Origin: Octopus bimaculoides
Taxonomy: Eukaryota
Length of the DNA: 64,000 bases
Reading direction: 5' to 3'
Assembly: GCF_001194135.2 (NCBI RefSeq)
Contig: NC_068993.1
Location: 1,500,030 to 1,564,029 of the forward strand
A model generated the notes under the pieces. The model saw only the letters and a list, made by a program, of their open reading frames with translations. It was not told the DNA's origin and did not search any database. Every line of letters starts with the position of its first letter. Within the stretch, counting starts at the first letter, position 1. Positions 1 to 11,927 of the stretch are shown in pieces. The translations under genes were made by a program, and so were the position numbers.

Positions 1-1409
1 GAAGCATTTGTCAGCCAGGTATATCTCTTGACAAGGTCCAACTTATGGTTTGTATGAACTTCCAGAAAATGTATGGTGTTAAATATAGTTTACATGAGTT
101 CAATAAATATTTTAAAAAACATCTAGGCGACAGAAAGGTGTTCCAGCCATAAAACCCACAAATACAATGAAAGAAAATTGGCGATTTTCTCTGCTGTTGT
201 GTTGAAGCAGTGAGACGCTGGGAGATCCATTTCAACGATGACAACCCATGGAAAAATAGACGTAAAATATTAATGATGTGTGATGACGACGAGTTAAAAA
301 AAAAAACAACCTGTAATTAACCTTCCGTTCTTCTTTTAGTCCGTGGGCTATGCGAATCTATATGTATAAGTGTGTGTTTTACAAATAGAATAAAATATAT
401 ATTCAAAGAGTTACCATCCTGAGATAAACTTCGTAATAAGCAACACAGATTCTAAACAGTTTGACATAATCATATTCACTCCATTTCTGACAACAAACAT
501 CAAAATATTTCCTATGGCAAATAAATTGGCCACGTAATAAGAATTTCTTCAGTAGTCGCCAAAGAAACTGTCCCCAACTCTGCTGAAAAAGATTTCTTTA
601 TTTGAAAGGGGAAGCCATATATGCCACAAATTCTCTAGACGTCGGAAGTGTCTGTTCAATGGAAGAAGCCAATACTGCCGTTTATTGAATTAACAATTAT
701 TTGCAACTTGGGCAGAAGGCCAGACATTTTTGTAAGAGGAGTTTGCTTAATTTAACTGATTCTATCTATTTTACTGACCCCACCACCCTCGCCCACAAAA
801 TGAAAGTAGTATCGACATTGCCAGGATTTGAACCCAAACTTGTAAAACGAACAACGTTACCAACAACATTCAAGCATGAACGGAAAATTTATCTGACGAC
901 GATAAATCTAATGCTGTAGTAATTACTTCACCACAACAAGTATATTTTAATAAATTAATTTTTAAAAAACCACCTTGACATTTGGCACAGAAACGGATCG
1001 ACAGGAGTCACTTCCCGGTTACTCGACCTGCAAGAAATAGCAGTCAACAATCCCTCAAATCACAACAAACTATTTTAAATAAAATATAACCGATGGAACA
1101 GAGCGAGGGTCATTATTACAAAAGACGGATTCTGTGCAGTTTCTGAGAAATTCCGGCATTTAACTCGTAAATGAACGATTCATTAGTGACAGCTATATTA
1201 AATCCCAAAATACTGACCATATTCAAGAAGTTCCATCCTTATTAAATATATTTTTTTATATACAATTATATTTTATATTTAATAAACGTTTTGTTTTTAG
1301 ATATTTAATGATGTTCGTGTTTAGTTATTATGGTTTCTGTTTGGATTTTATTTTGAGTTTACAGTTGTAATAGGAAGNNNNNNNNNNCGCCAAATGTATG
1401 TGCTTGTAC

Positions 1410-1461
<52 letters not shown>

Positions 1462-1708
1462 AATAGATAGATAGATAAACAGGTGTGTGTCTGTGGTCGT
1501 ACTTTATGAGTGTGCTTTGTGTATACATGTGTGTTTTATATTTGTGTGGTTTCTATACGCGTGTGTGCATAGCTTTATATGATGTAAGAGTAAATGGCTA
1601 AGAAGAGTCTTTTGACACAACATGAAAGAAGACAGGGGACAAAAAAAGATGGTGAGAAATATAAAAAAAAAACTGAGAAAGAAATAATTAACCCCAAAAC
1701 AAACTCAC

Positions 1709-1812
1709 GCTGCACAAATACACAGGGATTTGACGGGTAGATTCTGAAAGATCATGAGAATCAAGGAATCGGGAAGCCATGCAAAGAGACATGGTTCCGA
1801 TGCCATGACCAT
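1709..1812 (-). CDS. F-box protein, first coding exon (rest of the gene not resolved, probably left of the window)
   Basis: Minus strand: acceptor ccatttttctcag (exon starts 1830), ATG at 1812, MVMASEPCLFAWLPDSLILMIFQNLPVKSLCICA, then donor GC|gtgagt at 1708 (phase 2). LPDSLILMIFQNLP matches the F-box consensus LPxExLxxIFxYL. The subfamily (FBXW/FBXL/FBXO) cannot be determined. Confidence 0.7.
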
Positions 1813-2107
1813 TTAAAAGAAGTCAATCAGCTGAGAAAAATGGAATGTAAACAGTTTGGCAGAAGCTAAACACCAACAACACATGGTCACACTTCCAACA
1901 CGGTTTCCTCTTCTCTGCAAGAATTACGTCCAAACGAGAATTCATTTATCCATTCTATTATTCATATATTCCATAAAATACTTTTTTTTATTTTTATTTT
2001 AATAATTTCGTTTTAAACTTTTGAAGCTAAATTATCTCTGTTTTTATTTCTTTAATTTAAATTTCTGCAATTAATAAAAGATAATAATAATTCGGTGTTA
2101 ATTAACA

Positions 2108-2115
2108 ACTTCCGG
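2108..2115 (-). promoter_or_regulatory. ETS-type motif (CCGGAAGT), candidate F-box gene promoter
   Basis: Exact CCGGAAGT on the minus strand about 300 bp upstream of the F-box ATG. Motif match only. Confidence 0.3.
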
Positions 2116-3094
2116 TTAACTTGTGTCATGGTAAATGTTGGCAAGAGTGTTTAATTATTCGTTATTGTTTCGTCCCCAGGTCAACTCTGAACGAACAGAT
2201 CTATAATGGAAAGTGTCCCAGTACATCAAAGAGTTCGTCCATTGTCCAATATAACCTTTATTTAAAGACGGTAGCCTGCGATCTGTGGGAGATTGGGCTA
2301 TTTTTTAGCAACCGTTTTATGGTTTAGCCCCTGGTAAACTCTTAACAGGGCTATGCTTAAAAGCAATACACCCACGACCATCCCTGCTTGTGCTTTTTTT
2401 TCAGTATTATATATAACCCAGACAACATAATCAATGCCTCCTTTCTTAATATGGTAGGATGTAATTTAAGAGAAATCTGGCTGCTATTTCTAACAGGTCG
2501 AACATCCGCGTAACATCATAGCAAGTGCTCACATCTTTACAAACCTTCTTCGACGTGGAGAAACGGATACATTGCCTACACTCTCCTTTGTATACCTTTT
2601 CTTCTGCATCTCCAGAGCTCATTGGTGGCACTATACTTCCACCCATGCCTACCTCATACATTTGTTTCCTCACTCCATCTCAGATTCCGTTCTAACCATT
2701 ATACCAATGCTTCTTCTCTGGAATATCCTCTCACTGGCGGTCATCCTTCACCCGCACTGTCCCCTGCAGTCCGACCACACCAACCTCCCCACGTCTTCGA
2801 TGTCCGACGGACGCAGTTCCTTTCCTCTGACGAAACTTATTAAGTAAATAAACCTTTGAAGAGAAGGGACAGGCATTGAATAATAGAGATAAACACCTTT
2901 AAGTTGACGATAGACTGGAACAAGACTCTGTATTATATAGGTTTCCCTACACACCAAGGTCGACTTTGCCATTCATCCTTTTGGGTGGGTGGAGGGGTCG
3001 ATGAAATAAGTACAAGTGGAACACAGGTCAATGCAATGAAACTCTTCCCATAGACAAAAATTGCTGGTCTTGTGCAGAAATTAGAAATCATTAT

Positions 3095-3335
3095 TATGGT
3101 GTGGGGCTGGCAGAGTTGTTAGCTTGCCAGGCGAAATGTTTAGCGGCCTTTTTTCCGTCTTTACGTTCTGAGTTCGAATTCCGCCAAGGTCGATTTTTAC
3201 CTTTCATTCTTTTGGGGATGGATAAATTAAGCACCAGTTCAAATTCTGCTGAGGTCGACTTTGCCTTTCATCCTTTTGGGGGTTGATAGATTAAGTACTA
3301 GTTGCATACTGAGGTTGATCTAATCGACTGGCCCC
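3095..3335 (+). mobile_element. tRNA-derived SINE (family A) with tandemly duplicated central domain
   Basis: Homologous to the copy at 39301-39515. The block ttc(g/a)aattc..gaggtcgactttgcctttcatccttt..gggg..gataaattaagtac occurs twice in tandem. Confidence 0.7.
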
Positions 3336-4038
3336 TTTTTATTTTTATTATTATTTGTAGTAGAAATAGAGTCACTAAAAGCTTGCATCTTCAGATTTAT
3401 TAGTAAAACATCTTTGTTGGTTCAATAATTTCTATGTTAATGTACAATTTCCACACTAATGCAAAAAGTGTGTGGGTGTGTAGACACACACAGTCACGTT
3501 GGTTCAGGATTATGATGATCACCTTGCAACAACATTGATTTGGGTTCAATTCCATGGAATGGATTTGGTAGACAAAAATAAAAGAAGTCTGTTGCTTGCA
3601 CACACACACACACACACACAGAATTTGCAAATATGGCCTGATACCTTGTGTCATGTGTTTGCTAATTGCTTTAAATGCATAACATCATTGCACACAGTCA
3701 AGAGTTCAAGCCTTGGTTGTGCCCCTGAGTAAAGTATGTGTATATTCTGGTTTGGTGCCACTCCTGTTCTTTATAGCTGAGCAGTTAAGTACAGACTCAC
3801 CTGTAAGAAAAGAGAAGAAAAAAACTGTCCCAACAACTAAATGGACCCCAGCCCAACACAAACATGGAATAATAAAGATAAAAATAGAATAAGATGACAA
3901 AATAAAGTAAACAGCAAATGTTTATTTATCAGAAGCATAAATATTATCAAACATTAATAAACTGACATCAGCAATAATATAAAACTACAACAAATAACGA
4001 TTCATATAAAACTACAAAGTAAGACATTAGACAGCACA

Positions 4039-4077
<39 letters not shown>

Positions 4078-4589
4078 TATATATAAAGATATATCAACCA
4101 AGATGGGGAGTGAAAGACATAATGATATGTACAGTAAGACATAAGTATATAGACAAGATATAACTACACACACACACACACATATATAATGACAATTACA
4201 AAGTAAATCATATACACAATATATCCAGAAAGACATAATGTGTGTGTTATACACACACACATAAATAGAGAGAGTTCCGAAACTGAAAAACCAACCATTA
4301 TTCACGACTGAATTTCACATAACCAATCAGAAGACAGAAATGAACTGAAATATATTGGAACAAAACATTATATTGCTCCAGAAGATCATTTATATGTTAT
4401 GACTGGTTCCATGAAACTCAAAGTAATGGTTTTACAAAGTTTTCCAGTTTCAACAAGACTGCATTTTACTTTTGGGTCTTTAAGCATCATTTTCTCCATC
4501 TTGTTTTGCACTTATGAAACCCCCTATACTGCCTCCCCCTCTACTATATACACAAAAACACACACACACTTATAATATATATATAAGTT

Positions 4590-4790
4590 ATTTTCAACTT
4601 GCAAGCTGTTTCATTTGAAAATCAATACAACTAAATCTTGATTCTTGAGAGTATCCAAAACAACTGACAGTTCTTCAGAGTGGAAGAGATAGTGGTCAAC
4701 TTCTGGTAATGCAGGGACATAAGTCTGGAGAGGAGGGGGAAAGAAGACCCATTCAGCTGAAGGGGAAGACTATATACACCCTGTCGCACA
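4590..4790 (-). mobile_element. Dispersed repeat, inverted homologue of 7028-7250, ending in a decayed CTGAAGA...GAAAC motif
   Basis: Minus strand ggtgtatatagtc..cccct..gctg.atgg..gcattacca.aa..tgacca.ta.ctcttcc aligns by eye with the plus strand at 7028-7130. Confidence 0.5.
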
Positions 4791-7172
4791 TTTATACATC
4801 TATACCCATAAACAAGTGTATAAAATTACAGAAACTGAAGACGGAGAAATAGATACACAGAGTTGAGGAGAATCAAGGAATGGGCACACGTGCCTTGATA
4901 TACACACATGCACTCACTCATCTACATATAAACAGACACCTGCACACACACTCACACTTCTACTCAGGCATGTATACACACACACACACACACTTGACAG
5001 ACAGACAGACATGTATACACATACAAACACCTCTACAGACAGCCATGTATGTTATACACACAAATGCACAGAATACAAAATGAAAATGATTGAAAACACA
5101 CAGAAAGAACTCAATACAATAAATAAGGTGTTTAAGGAGAAAGGGAGGAAGAGAGAAAATAGGAAGCGTATTGTCAAAAATTGGAGAAGAGACAGGTAAA
5201 GATGAGAAGTTATGGGAGGTGAGGTGATTATCATGTGATGAAGATGAAAATAGGTGCTGAGATTAAACATGGAGGTACTTTTGTCATGGTGTGTAGCAGC
5301 CATGTGGCAAAATGCATGTGTGTAACTGGTTGCAGGGAAGGGTGTGTGTGATGTTGTATGAAGTGGTGTACAATATGAATTGCACTGTGTGTGTATGCAC
5401 GAGTGATTTTATAGCATATATGAATTGTATTGTCTGACTTGTTGCCAAGTTAGATGATTTTGAGATGTTTTCCAAATTTATTGGACAGTAAGCAGAAATT
5501 AAATTGCAGAGGAAAGAGTTAAGTGAATAGATAAAGGGTTTGTGGAAGTCTGTAATGTAGAAGATGAGGGGGTTAGGTATTGTGAGGGTGGTGGGGTTAG
5601 AAAAGAAAGGGAGCAGAGGGCAGAGAGTTTAGCTCAAGTGATCTCACACACACACGTAGACTGGTCTCAAATAGGATAAAGGGACTGAATTGACCAGGGC
5701 TCAGTGTCCAGTAGCATGGTCAAGAGTCAAAGTCCCTAAAGCAATCAGGTTGATGGATAGTGGTCCATGGAGGGAGGATGGAAGAGGCATGAGTGGTGGT
5801 GATGGATGCAGGAAAAATAATCTATTATACAGATGGAAGGAGAACAGTGTTAGCAGGTCTGTGAGATGAGTGGAGACAGGTTGCAAGAGGCAGAAACCAG
5901 AGGATAGAGGGTGTCAAATATATAGAAAATAAAATAAAACATGAAAAAAAAATCTGTACAACCATAACATACAGACAGAGAGCCATTCATACCTAAATGT
6001 ATAGCAACAGATGCACACATGAACAGATATGCAATTACACACACACACAGACAAGATAGACAACAGACTTAATGAAACTATTGGGTGTTTTAGAACAGAG
6101 TCCTGATGTGTAGATTCTAGTCTTGGTGGTTGTATGTGTGTATCTGTAGATGTGTGTGGGGGTATTTCTGAATGAGATGATGGGTATGTGTGTGTATTGA
6201 TGAATATGTTCATGTTTAAGTGAAGGGTGGCTGGGGCCCAAAGTAAAGACAAAAAAAAAAAAAAATGGAGCAATATCTGCAGCATTTACCTGCCCTAAGG
6301 TTAATGAAGTTCAGATGTTAAGAAGTTGGAAGTACCTGTATGCTTTAAAGCAATGGGTTCACAAAATTTATCTGCAATAAATCGGTTTTACTTCTACAAT
6401 ACTCAAAATATTAAAATTTTGTTTTTATAAAATTCCAAATAATATTTAATCATAAAGATATAATAGGATTTTTTTTTACACAAGTGAGGGTCCAGGAGGG
6501 TCAAGTAGAAATCAAAAGGTTCCACGGGTTAAAAATTATTGGGAATCACTGCTTTAAAGGTTTTGTGTGGATAGCATATATTCTTTTCGGTGCTTATTTA
6601 ATAGCTTGGGTCATTTGGTTTTTTCCCCTTGTGTACCCCAATGGTGCATAAATTACACGGACAGTGGTCACTAGAATAAGCTTTTGCATTAGCCATTTGT
6701 TCCCAATTTAATTTACATTAAAGTACCCAGATGTATTTTGACAGTTATTTCTACCAGTGTTGCAAAAGAGTGTGTGTGTGTGTGTGTTGTAAAGAGGTGG
6801 AAATTTGTCATATCATTCCCGTCCATACTGTGGGGAGGGGGCAATCCCTTGTTAATGCTATCATTGCAGTATGGATAGACAGATATCAAGATGAAGGTAA
6901 GTGAGTGCATATTTGTATGTTGATGTGTGTGTTCTTTGGTTCTCCTTAATTCTGGGCATCGATTTGTCTTCAGCTTCTGCAATACATATACACGTGTATA
7001 TGGGTGTATATAATAAATGCTTGGCAAGGTGTAAATAGTCAGCCCCTTTTGCTGGATGGAACTCCTTCCTCACTCCTCCGAAGACCTTCTGCCCAAGCAT
7101 TACCAAAAACTGACCAGTACTCTTTCCCCTTAACACGAATTAAGGCCAGAAGGAGCACCATCAGTTACATCT

Positions 7173-7250
7173 GATACTCTGAAGAATTTGGATACAGCCG
7201 TTACTGGTCTCCAGATGAAACCATGAAACCCCTGGCAAATGGTAACGATG
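7173..7250 (+). ncRNA. Hammerhead-ribozyme-like fold (type I topology), stem I degenerate
   Basis: CTGAAGA 7179-7185; stem II ATTTGGA 7186-7192 / TCCAGAT 7210-7216; GAAA 7217-7220; stem III ACCAT 7220-7224 / ATGGT 7239-7243; GUA triplet ending 7244. Stem I pairs only 3 of 6. Confidence 0.45.
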
Positions 7251-7882
7251 TGTGTGCGCATTTCTATGTATGTATGCATAAATATATATTTAATGATAAG
7301 AGCCTGTTGTTTCAAGTTTCATATCTACTTAAAAGGGAAAAAAAAGTCATCTTCACCCAACCGACAAACCCATGTTCTGAAAAGGGAAAAAACAAACAAC
7401 AAAGGCCATACGTGACATCCACGAAGACACTTTGTAGTTCTTCCTTCCAACATACAACAAAAGGAAATACAACAATATTATGTCGTACAGTGTTATACTC
7501 CTTACAACATTTCTAAAGCTAGACATTCTTTTAGATATGTTCTTGAAATCAGACTCAAAGTTTGAAGTAACAATGCAGTAATTTTAAATGACTAAATTGT
7601 ATGTATAAATACATACACACATTCAGACATATATATAGACACACACACACATGTATATACACATTTACACATACACACACAAATATTTATACATACAAAT
7701 ATATACACACACACATTTAGACATACATAAAGGCATATGTATATACAGACATACACATATATAGATTATTATAGACATATATTAACACATACAGATACAT
7801 ATATATACGTACACACAGACACACACAAATTGAAATTAAAGCAATGTTATATGAAATCTTGTAGAAAAATTTACAAAGTTGT

Positions 7883-7915
<33 letters not shown>

Positions 7916-8249
7916 TAGAGAGAGAGAGCAGAATAAACATGAGGACATTGAGAGTATTTTGAGAATACCACATACACACACACAGAAAGAATAAGTGTAA
8001 GAAACATAAGGCGAAAGAACACACACATACAAATACAGTCACATATAAATGCACAAACAGTGGAATAGAGAGAGAGAGAGAGAGAGAAAAGAGAGGAAAA
8101 AGGAAGACTTCACAATTATAGAGATGTACAAGCAACAGAATGAATTTAGGAGACACAGTAAGATGCAATATGCACATACATTAAAACAGAGAAAGAGAGA
8201 AAAAGAGAGAGAGAAACAGAAAGAGTGGGGAGAGAGGAATCTACAGACA

Positions 8250-8720
8250 CTCAGGTAGGAGACCAGAGGTGGCCTCACAAAATAGATATAGAAAGAAGAA
8301 AACATGCCTTGAATGTGGAAGGACAAGTGAAATGTGAGAACCATGTGTGGTGAGGTGCAGATGTAGAGGATGAGGTAACATTAATGGAAGTTGTGGAGTA
8401 GAATCACTCCTTTCCCAGACTGAAGATAAAACACTCTTCCTTGTGTCCGTAGCATCGGGATGTACTTTTGTGTAGGGTAACCCTACAGAGTGAGAGGCAA
8501 CCCATGGAGGGATTAGTTCAATTTAAAAGGGACAGGATATGAGTTTCAAGGGTGCAACTAAAAGGGTCAGTCAAGGAGAATGTGGACTTTGGACTCAGTA
8601 TGGTTTGGTAAATGAAGAACCAAGAATGGTACCACGGGTGTGTGTGTGTTGGGGTGGATGTTCAAGGTTGGATGTGGCTTGGAATAAGGGTCCTCCTGAA
8701 TAGAAGGTCACAGATTCTTA
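8250..8720 (-). mobile_element. Degenerate Penelope-like retroelement remnant (endonuclease C-terminal region)
   Basis: Minus strand about 8439-8413 reads EECFIFSLG, resembling the EQxLIFxLG motif ending Penelope GIY-YIG endonucleases (recalled motif). No intact ORF. Confidence 0.3.
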
Positions 8721-10249
8721 TTCCATTTGAAGGTAAGAGGTGGAAGAAGGCTCAGGAAAGAGCAACACATTTAGGGGATTTGATTTCAGAAAAAGACAAA
8801 CTGCTGAGGAGAATGTACTGAAGCAGTTGGATTGAGGATTTGCAGAATGCCTCGTCTCTGAAATACTAAGGAATTCTGAGATAAGTGACACTTTGGTGTT
8901 ACTGGGAAAGAATTGTAGTAGTTTTAAGGACAAAGTCTGAGTTCTGAAGGAGGAGAAATACAGAGTTACTCAGCTGGCAGAAATAGCAAAATATTTCATT
9001 TTTTCCCTCCATTAATAATAATATTTTTTTTTTTTTTGTATAATGCCAGGGGTACAAATTTTTTTTTGTATAATGCCAGGGGTACAAATATATGATGTAT
9101 GGGTGTGCAGGTCTGCTGGTTCTGTTTGTAGGAGAAAGAATCAGAAAGAAGATTTAGAGCTGAAAACAGGAGAACATACAAAAAAAAAATGCAATGAAAC
9201 AAGAAAAATAAATAAAAAGGAAAATTCAAGCAATAAAACAGTCTTTGTTGTATCGAGATGNNNNNNNNNNNNNNNNNNNNNNNNNNNNNNNNNNNNNNNN
9301 NNNNNNNNNNNNNNNNNNNNNNNNNNNNNNNNNNNNNNNNNNNNNNNNNNNNNNNNNNNNNNNNNNNNNNNNNNNNNNNNNNNNNNNNNNNNNNNNNNNN
9401 NNNNNNNNNNNNNNNNNNNNNNNNNNNNNNNNNNNNNNNNNNNNNNNNNNNNNNNNNNNNNNNNNNNNNNNNNNNNNNNNNNNNNNNNNNNNNNNNNNNN
9501 NNNNNNNNNNNNNNNNNNNNNNNNNNNNNNNNNNNNNNNNNNNNNNNNNNNNNNNNNNNNNNNNNNNNNNNNNNNNNNNNNNNNNNNNNNNNNNNNNNNN
9601 NNNNNNNNNNNNNNNNNNNNNNNNNNNNNNNNNNNNNNNNNNNNNNNNNNNNNNNNNNNNNNNNNNNNNNNNNNNNNNNNNNNNNNNNNNNNNNNNNNNN
9701 NNNNNNNNNNNNNNNNNNNNNNNNNNNNNNNNNNNNNNNNNNNNNNNNNNNNNNNNNNNNNNNNNNNNNNNNNNNNNNNNNNNNNNNNNNNNNNNNNNNN
9801 NNNNNNNNNNNNNNNNNNNNNNNNNNNNNNNNNNNNNNNNNNNNNNNNNNNNNNNNNNNNNNNNNNNNNNNNNNNNNNNNNNNNAAATATTCAGCCTCTG
9901 ACAATACAAAGTAATTATGAGAAGACACTCTTTTATATGTTCACTGATTGCTGCCAGTTGCTACATTTATGAGGGATATCTGTCCACTTTAAAGGAATAA
10001 AATAATTTCATAAATGGTGGCACCAAGCTGAAGCCAGAGAAAATATTAGAGCTAAACTGTGATTAGTCTCCTTGCCCCAGTCAGCCCTCATTCAGTCGTA
10101 CAATGGCATGGAGACCAGAAATACCAAAGTTTGGCATTCAATGAAAACATTTATCCATCTTTATTGTGGGTAGACCGACGTAACATTTAAGGTTTTCAAA
10201 AACTTTAAATCTTAAGACTAGAGATGCCCATTATAAGGATGGCAGATGA

Positions 10250-10700
10250 TTAAATGAGGAAACAGGTGAGATGACTTTGTAAGAAATGCCTTAGATGGTT
10301 TGCATGAAACAGGTTTTGGTGATTAAGGAAAAGAAAAAAAAAACATGAAGTTGATAATGGTTAAAAGATTGCTTTTGCTAGATATTTCATGGAAGCTTTT
10401 ATGACAAATTACAAAATGAAACGTCTTTGACAAGCATGACCGGTTCATTATCATTTCAGTGTGTTATTAGACCCTTAATTAAATACTTCTAAGGTTTTCA
10501 GGTAAGTCAAGAGTGTCAACTTTCTAATTAAAGGGTTGTATTTCACATCCAACATTACCAGACCCTGTCATTGGTGCCATGCTGTGTTTATGGTCAACAT
10601 AATAAACTCGGTTAATGGCTAAGTCCACTAAATATAAACAGGTATCAAAAAAGAAGGCTAAGTTCATTAACTGAAAGCAATAGGGCCACTGTTAATTGAC
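10250..10700 (+). mobile_element. Degenerate non-LTR retrotransposon reverse transcriptase remnant
   Basis: Frameshifted LLDIS-KAF-DK (about 10375-10410) and a PQGSVLGPxLF-like stretch (about 10560-10600) in the expected order and spacing. Confidence 0.4.
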
Positions 10701-11895
10701 TAATGTTTTTGTTAGCTTGCAGTGCTGAGTTCAAATTATTCCTCGGTCTTCATCATACTGACACCTCCTCCACTAACTTCTGGATACAAGAAGAAAATGG
10801 TGAATCGCTTTATAATTATTCCTATGCCATAAAGTTTGCAAATCAATCATTTTATTCATGTGATACAGAACAAATAGTCTGGCACCCCCATCATTCCCTT
10901 CTGTCTTGGAATTCTTATGGTTCAATTCCACTGCAAGCACCTTCTAAGTTTTGGGTGAACCAAACACTTGTGGGTGGAAATCAATAAACAAAAGTTGTAT
11001 GGAAGTCCATCAGTGGACCATTCCTGTTCTTGGGTGATGGGCTTAATCTGAATACCATCGCCTCGTTCTTTGGATAGTTGCTTTCAGCAGACTCCACCGC
11101 CATTTAGTGAAGCCTATTCTGTCATCACCTACTTTGATGCTACTCTTTGGCCATTAGTTGAATTCATTGTTATCCCCTACTGCCATCACTTAGCCATTAG
11201 TTGAGCCCATTCTGTTGCCATGTTGAGGATAACTTCCTGTCCCAAGTCTTGGAGGCCTTGAAAAAGGTCCACAGGAATTCCCCTTGCAACTGAGACTCAG
11301 CCATTCAGAGAGCAGTTCAGCACCTTGACTCTGACACAAAAAAGGGAAATGAATGAAGATCACAACCACTTCACCCAGAGGCTGACACTTTACCCACGAC
11401 ATGAAGATTACAGCAATTGGTCAGTACTGAAATGGAATTCTCAAACGGTCACTCCATCTCTGTAGCAACCATGTCTTATGATGCACAACTTTGCAGTCAG
11501 AGACTGAGATTTCTGGTAGGAAAGGAATGACACAAGAATTAGGCAAAGACTTCAAAAGAAACAAACAATGTTTAGTTTGTACAATATATAGCATTTCTAT
11601 TTTGTAGAAGGGCCAAAAAATTATTTCATTAAAATGTTTGAATTGTGAATGATTATTCTACTGCTAGAGGAAGCAAAATTAATGGTAATCGTGTAGAAGA
11701 GATGAAAAGATGATGATAAAGATAATATTGTAAGACGTAGCACTGAATATCAAATGAAATGTAGGGGTTTCTAGGTATATCGATTGATTGCATCTATAGT
11801 GAGACATCATCATCATCGTTTATGTGGCAAAATCCTGAAACAGATGTTACAAATGAATTAAAGAACACCAAGTCAATGGCCATGTTCTTTTTCTC

Positions 11896-11927
<32 letters not shown>

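Noticed and set aside
415-582. Open minus-strand frame between plausible splice sites (…DVCCQKWSEY…), candidate second F-box exon
   Set aside because: The best acceptor is phase 0 whereas the F-box exon ends in phase 2. The phase-2 alternative (511) does not give a typical F-box continuation.
2827-2850. CTGACGA followed by a small hairpin (hammerhead-like)
   Set aside because: No GAAA after the stem and no stem III or I, so the core is incomplete.
9031-9089. 30-bp direct duplication tttttttgtataatgccaggggtacaaat
   Set aside because: Two copies after a poly-T run near a gap; most simply slippage or an assembly overlap, with nothing between the copies.
8996-9972. Long 218-310 aa ORFs, and likewise those at 17703-18201 and 31661-32627
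   Set aside because: They are open only because they run through N gaps.
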